A DNA stretch of 64,000 nt from the human T2T-CHM13v2.0 reference genome, Homo sapiens: the NCBI RefSeq assembly GCF_009914755.1, contig NC_060926.1, one strand, 5' to 3'. Under the pieces are notes generated by a model. That model did not search any database, had not been told where the DNA came from, and saw only the letters and a list, made by a program, of their open reading frames with translations. Positions 56,757-64,000 of this stretch are shown here, in pieces (positions within the stretch are counted from its first letter, which is position 1; the number at the start of each line of letters is the position of its first letter). The translations under genes were made by a program, and so were the position numbers.

Positions 56757-57517
56757 TCTGACTTCATTCTTTTACACGTGGATGTCCCCTCCAATACAAT
56801 TTCTTGGGAGGCTATTCTGCATGGAATGGTCTTGGCACCCTTGTCATAAATCAAGTGCCACACGTGTATGAGTTTATATCTGGACTCTTAATTCCATCCA
56901 GTTGATCTATATGTCTATCCTGTGCCAGTGCCACACTGTTTTGATTACTGTAACTTTGTAGTGACTTTTGAAATTGGGAAGTATAAGTCCTCCAACTTTG
57001 CTCTTCTTTTTGAAGATTGCTTTAGCTATTCAGGGTCCCTTGTAATTCCATACAAATTTTAGGATTAGCTTTTCCATTTCTGTAAAAACATCACATTGGG
57101 ATTTTGATAAGCATGGCATTAAATCTGTAGATCTATTTGGAGATTACTGTCATTTTAACAATATCAAGTCTTCTAATCAATGAACATGGAATGTCTTTTT
57201 ATTTTCTTAAATTTTATTTAATTTCTTTCAGCGGTGTTACATAGTTTTCAATGTTCAAGTCTTCCCCTCCCTTTGTTAAATTCATTTCTAGTTATTTTAT
57301 TGTGTTTGGTGCTATTGTAAATTGAATCGTTTTCTTGATTTTCCTTTTGTAGTGTGTATAGAAATATAACTAATTTTGTGTTAATATTGTATCCTTCAAC
57401 TTTGTCAAATTCATATATTAGCTATAATAGTTTTTTTGTAGATTCTTTAGTATCAGCTACATGTAAGATCATGTCATCTGCAAATAAATGTGGTTCTCCT
57501 GCTTATTTTACTATCTA

Positions 57518-57955
<438 letters not shown>

Positions 57956-59339
57956 TCACCAAGTGTTTTCTTGACTCTCATTGGCTCATCCTCTACTTTC
58001 TCCAGGGTGTCCGGCTGTCACCCTTGCTCACTCTGCTGCCCCAAGGAAACCAGTTCTCCAGCCTTTGCCACACTCACATCCTCTAGTCCCCACCTCTGCC
58101 CTCCACTTTCTGATTCAGTGCTCTATCTTTCAAACCAAGAGTTTTTTGCGGAGTTCCTATGCCTCACTCCTGTGGCTCCAACTAGTCATGCATCTCTCCT
58201 CCCTGGCCCTCTCCCACAGCTCTGAGCATGAAGAGGCCTGAGGCACACTTCATAAATGCTGAGGTCCTGAAAAGCCTAAGAGGTCAGGCTTGCTGAGAAG
58301 AGCTATGTCTGAGCCCGCCTGGCTACAGGGAAAACAAACCCCAAAACCTTGTTGGCCTGATTGGCAGGAGCCCAGAGAGAACTGATGCCCATCCAAGAAA
58401 CACAGGTGTTCAAGGGCCCCTGCTCTGTGGCTCTCCACCCATGGGTAGCTGCAGGATGAGCACCGTCCTGGGGGGCAGAGGCCGCCAGGCGCTGCATCAG
58501 GATCCTGGCCTGCTGCTCTAATAGTGCCTGTGAGAAGTCAGGTTCTCAGGGCTCTAGTCCTCGCTCTCTGCCACATGAGAACCCACAGCAGCCTTCCTGC
58601 ATCCCAGCAAAGGACCATGCACTCCCCAAGCCAAAGGGGTCCTGGTGGAGACCTTCAGTAAGATTGCCACTTCAAAGCCGTTCCAGGGGCCCGGGGGGAC
58701 CTCTGAGCTCTCCTCCAGGAAAAGGCCTGTTCTCGTGAGGCCTGTTGTAGCTCAGGCTCTTGGAGCCTTCTCTAGGGAGCACATTGAACAGTTTTCCGAA
58801 TACTGAGGCTCCTCTTGGCTTCATTCCAGGAGTGGGGGAGAGGAGGGAAGGCTGGGCTGAGCCGCTCTGTGGATTTGCTCAGCTGTGTGTCATCCCATAC
58901 TGTGCCAGTAGGCCCTGAGCCACCATGCAGTTAATTCTCCCCATTCACCTGTCCAGGACAACACAGGGTAACTAGAGGAAGAAAAAGAAAAGCTGGAAAT
59001 CGTACAGAGGAGGAGAGAGATGCTGTCAAGGAACAAAGGCCAGTTGGTGCCAGGACTTCCAGGCCAATTGAGGATTCTGACCCCTCATTGCTCCAGAGGA
59101 CTCTGGAGGTGTCCTTTCCCTCAGAGGGTGCCCCCAGCCCCTTGACTCAGTTTTTCCCATTTACTGGACTGGAAACCCCTCCCACCATCAGTGAAACGTT
59201 TGCTAAGCCTCACTTGGAGCCCAGGTACCCTGGGGACTGTGGGGGCTATCACCAAAGGTGGGGCATGGTCTGGGGATACCAGGTATCTTGGGGCAGCAGG
59301 CATCTTCTACTTCATGAGCTTCCTCCCTGTGGTTCCTTT

Positions 59340-60590
59340 TTTATTTTTAAGTAGATTTTTTTTAAAGAGCAGTTTTAGGTTCACAGCACAATTGAACAGA
59401 GAGTACAAAGTCCCCACATGCCTCCTGCCCCCACACATGCACAGCCTCGCCCACCAGCAACAGCCTGCACCAGAGTGGGACATTTACCAGTGAACCTACA
59501 TGGACACATGGACACCTCCTTATCACCCAGAGCCATAGCATACATTAGGGTTCACTCTTGGTGCGGTGCATTCTGTAGGTTTAAACTAATGAATAATGCC
59601 ACGGATCCACCATGAGAGTATCATACAGATAAGTTTTTGCCCTAAAAATCCTCTGTGCTCCTCCTATTCATCCCTCTCTTCCCCTTGAACCCCAGAAACC
59701 ACTGATCTTTTTATGGTCTCTGTGGTTTTGCTTTTTCCAGGTCAGATAGCTGGAATCATACAACATATATATCCTTTTCAGATTGCCTTCTTTCACTTAG
59801 TAATATGCATTTAAGTTTCCTCCATATCTTTTCATGGCTCGATAGCACATTTCTTTTTAGCACTGAATTAAATGCTCAGTGGAATCATCACCTGGATATA
59901 CTGCAGTCTGTTTACTCATTCACCTACCAAAGGACATCTTGGTTGCTCCCAAGTCTTGGTAATTGTGAATCAAGCTGCTATAAGCATCCATGTACAGATT
60001 TTTGTGAGGACATAAGTTTTAACTCCTTTGGGTAAATACCAAGGAGCACAAATGCTGGAGAGTATGGTAAGAGTATGTTCAGTTTTGTACTGTGGTTTCC
60101 ACAGGTATATTGAGATATAATTCGCGTATAATCAAATGTTCCCATTTTAAGTGCACAGTTTGATGAGTTTTGGTGAACGTTTATAGTCATGCTCACAGCG
60201 TAGCACACTTCCATCACTCCCAAAAGCTGCCTCATGGCCCCTTGCAGCCAACCACTCCTGTCCTGCCCATCCCCAGCCCCTGGCAACCATGGGTCTGCTT
60301 TCTGTCACTACAATTTTGCCTTTTCTAGGGTTTCATATATGTGGGATCATACAAGATATAGTTTTGGGGTCTGGCTTCTTTCACTTAGCATGTTTGTGAT
60401 ATCCATTGTGGTATGTCTGTTAGAGGGTTTTTCCTTTTTGACGCTGCACAGCATTCCGCTGCATCCATGTGCCACTGTTTGCTTGTTCATTGACCGTTTG
60501 TTTGATGGATATTTGGGTTGTTTCCTTTGGGGGAGGAACCCTTATGAATAATGTTGCTGTGAACATTCGTGTCTAAGTCTTTGTGTGTGT
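59340..60590 (-). mobile_element. Two adjacent old L1M 3'-end fragments (junction near 60100)
   Basis: AGCAGTTTTAGGTTCACAGC... and GAGATATAATTC...CCCATTTTAAGTGCACAG are antisense L1 3' UTR starts. Confidence 0.78.
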
Positions 60591-61339
60591 GGCTTCTTTT
60601 CGAAGGAAGGGGGAACGCTGGCTCACTCCCTCCCAAAGTGATTGAGGGTTGATAAGGAAGCTGGGAAATCCCAAGGGGTAAAGAGAAAGGGATACAGGCC
60701 AGCCTGACCATGGGCCGCTGGGACTGCCAGAAACCTCTCTCCACTTGACCACATCGTGCGCAAAGTTCAGGGACCAGGAGAGGGAAACCGATGTGTTTAC
60801 TTCCTGTCTCCATGGTGCTGGGAGAGCTGTTGTTGCTCTGAGTGTGGGGTGAGCTGGAATGTACTCCCCGCTGCCGCAGTCCTGTTGACATTATTCCTTG
60901 TCAGAATGGCTCATTTCCAGTTCGTTCCATCTACCCTCCCTTTGGTAGACCTCCATGACCCACCTGGATCCAGTCCCCAGTCACATACCAGGGCCCCCTG
61001 GACACAGGGTCCCTCAATCCCAGGGCCCCTTTCTGGGTCTCCAGTGGTTTTGTATGTGCCCATTCCCATGCCCCCCACCCCACGGTGAGGCAGCAGAAGC
61101 AGGCCATCACCCTGCTCAGCAGCGTGGGGTTCAGAGAAGCTGAGAGATGGCAGAGGGTGGCACAGCCTCCTCCCGCACCTACAACCACCCTCCATGGAGA
61201 GCAAGCCATCAGCACCCCTTTCCACGAAGATGTCTGGTGTTCACTCTCAGATGAAGAGAGGGAGTACTCAAACTCTAGGATTCCTCATAGCCCAATAGAC
61301 AGCAGCTTAACAGAATTTCAACAGAATGTTAATTACACA

Positions 61340-61555
61340 CATATAATGAATACTATGCATCAGGTATTGTTCAAATAACTTTACAAATATTAACTCATTT
61401 AGCCTTATACTACCCTAATGAGGCAGGTAAAATTATTACCCCCATTTTATAGAGGAGGAAATTGGGGCACAGAGAGGTTAAGTAACTGGCCCAGGGTCAC
61501 ACAGCCAGGAAGCCCAAAAGCCAGGAGTTGGCTCACATTTTTAATCTCTGCACTC
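61340..61555 (-). mobile_element. MIR
   Basis: CCCATTTTATAGAGGAGGAAATTGGGGCACAGAGAGGTTAAGTAACTGGCCCAGGGTCACACAGC. Confidence 0.85.
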
Positions 61556-61607
61556 TGCTGCCTATGGATTTGTTGGTTTCCTTCTTTTTCCAATCATTAA
61601 ATTATCC

Positions 61608-62240
61608 TAACAGTTTTATTGAGATATAATTTATATACCGTAAACATCACCCATTTTAAGTGTACAATTGAACAATTTTAGTAAACTTATCAAATTGTGC
61701 AACCATCACAACAAGCCAACTTTAGAGCATTTCTATCACCCTGGGAAAGATTCTTTGTGCCCTTTTGCAGTCACTGTTAGTTCCAACCTCTGCTTGAAGC
61801 AACCATTAATCTTTCTGTCTCTGTAGATTTGTCCTGGAAATTTCCTATACATAGAATCATACAATACGTGGTCTTTTGAGTCTAGCTTCTGTCACTTAAC
61901 ATGATGTATTTGAGGTAGATCCATATTGCAGCATGTATCACTCCATTCGTTTTTGTGATCTAATAATATTCCATTATATGGATTTACTGCATTTAGTTTA
62001 TCCATTCACCAGCCGAGAGGCTTTTCCATTGTTTCCACTTTTTGGCTGTGATAAATAAAGCTGCTATGAACATCTGTGTACAAGCCTTTGACTGGACATA
62101 TATTTCTCTTTCTCTTTAGGTATATGCCTAGGAGTGGAATTGCTGATTTGTGTGGTACATTTATGTTTACTTGTTGTAAAAACTGCTAAATCTATTTCCC
62201 AAAGTGCTGCACCATTTTCCATTCCACAGCCATGGATTTT
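61608..62240 (-). mobile_element. L1MB-like 3' end
   Basis: TTTTATTGAGATATAATTTATATACC...CCTAGGAGTGGAATTGCTG. Confidence 0.83.
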
Positions 62241-63178
62241 ATAGACTGTGAGGTCCCGATGCAAATCCTAGGGCCACCCATACAAGCAGACAGAGCCCAA
62301 TTTAGGGTCCTGGAACCAGCCTAGGTGTAAAATGAAGCCATCTGGGGATGGGGGGGACTGAGTCAAGCTCAGCCTCTCTGCAGCTTCTGATGTCTGAGAA
62401 ACAGGTGGGCAAGAAATCAGCTGTTCTACTTTCTAATCCAGAAAAACATTGCCCTCTGGGACCTAGAGCACTTGTTAGGGGAAAATCAGCAAAGTGGCGA
62501 TAACACCAAAAGGAAAAACAGAAACACACTGTGGAGACGTCAAGGGCGATCTCAGCAAAGGAAGAAAACCAGCTTGAGAAGGCAGCAGTAAAGGCAGTTG
62601 GCCTGCAGCTCCCATGCTCCGGAAGCCTTTAGTTCCCACTGCCAGCATCCTCAGAGCCCTTTCCGACTACCTCGGAGGCCAGCGAGAGGATAATGGGGTG
62701 ATGGCAAGGGGGAGCCCCAGGACTCAGCTGCCTATGGCTCTGAACAGACAGTGCTGGTCCAGCCAGGGAAGGCCTTCTCCAGAGGGGCACTGCTGGAGGA
62801 AGGAAGGAAGGAACGCCGCTGCCCGCCTGCCAGCCAGGATAGCTCTGAGTGTCACCAGCTCTCCAGTTTGTGCCACATGTTATCTAAGGAGTCATTTCAC
62901 TATTTAATAAAGAGATCCAGCTTTTGATAGAGAGAATTTGACATGTCTGGCAGCAGCTGCAAAGGACAGAACTTTATAATGATGGCCCGTGGTGGGTGTC
63001 TACACACACAACTGCCTGCCCAGCTTCCTCCTGACACGTCCCCTCACATGGGAGTGAAACCGACATGGCACTGCTGAAACACACAGAGTACACAGGGATG
63101 GCACAGGGGGCATGCCTTGCAGAATGGAATGGGCCTCTGCTTGCTGCTGAATGCCACGTGCTCAGGACAGGTGGTAAC

Positions 63179-63658
63179 TGTACTGGGTCGAATTGCGTCC
63201 CTTCAAATTCATGTCCACAAGGACCCTGTGAAGGTGCTCCTATTTGGAAATAGGGCCTTTGCAGGTATAATTAAAGGGAAATGAGGTCATATCAGATTAC
63301 AGTGGGCCGTAATCCAATGACTGGTATTCTTTCCTATAAGAGGGAAATTTGGGCACAGACACAGAGAAGACACCGTGTGAAGACACAGACACAGAGGAGA
63401 GAAACTCATATGAAGACAAAGGCAGAGGCTGGGGTGATACAGCTATAAACCAAGGGACCCCAAGTGTTGCCAGGAAACCCCCAGAAGCCAGGACAAAACA
63501 AAGTAGGATCCTTCCCTAGAGATTTCAGAGGGACCATGGCCCTACTAACACCTTGATTTTAGACTCGTGACCCCCAGAACTGTGAGATAATACATTCCTG
63601 TGGTTTAAAGCCACCCAGTTTATGGTGCTTTGCCAAGGCAGCTCCAGGAAATGGAACA
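63179..63658 (+). mobile_element. MLT1 (B/C-like) LTR
   Basis: TGTACTGGGTCGAATTGCGTCCC start; CCCCAGAACTGTGAGATAATAC...TTTAAAGCCACCCAGTTTATGG. Confidence 0.85.
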
Positions 63659-64000
63659 AAAGCTGAGCCCAGGCTGCAGGTAACAAACTGTCCATGCTGG
63701 CAGGTGGCAGAGGGGGAAGGACAGGCAGAGAGGGCCGCATGGAGGAGGCACCTCCTTTAGTTGTGCCTGAGGTTCAGGCAGAAGGCCCAGAGAACAGAAG
63801 TGAAACTAGAGGCTCAGCATGGCTCCTGGTAGAATTGGCTTTAATGGCTCAAGTTTTTTCATCTTTGCTTCCTCCAACTTGCCTGGAACAGGTACTGCAC
63901 ACGGTAGGTGACCATTACGTGCTTAGTGTTTATGGATGAGCTCTGCATGTGGGAAAATAAACGACATGATTGGCCAGTTGGCCTGGAGAGAGCTAGCCCA

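Overview
Primate, almost certainly human, non-coding DNA, judged from Alu subfamilies including a near-consensus AluYa5-like copy. I cannot assign the locus from sequence alone. No protein-coding gene is supported: the ORF track is explained by Alu, LTR, L1 and microsatellite translations plus chance GC-rich frames. The one clear gene-derived feature is a full-length processed RPS25 pseudogene (55522-56013, minus strand, with a target-site duplication (TSD), a poly(A) remnant, two premature stops and two frameshifts) nested in an old L1. The rest is a mosaic of about 18 Alus or Alu fragments, MaLR/ERV LTRs, hAT elements, MIR/L2/L1 relics and microsatellites. Repeat subfamily names come from remembered consensus sequences and their boundaries are approximate. 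The most unusual signals are locally templated duplications: two interleaved (pseudoknot-topology) inverted repeats in unique sequence at 18.2-19.8 kb, a perfect 32-bp-arm hairpin at 51423-51491, a tail-less Alu fragment that looks copied from its inverted neighbour, an Alu carrying an internal copy of its own target site, and a perfect 78-bp tandem duplication. I found no evidence for a new multi-component biological system; these are structural or mutational features whose function is untested.
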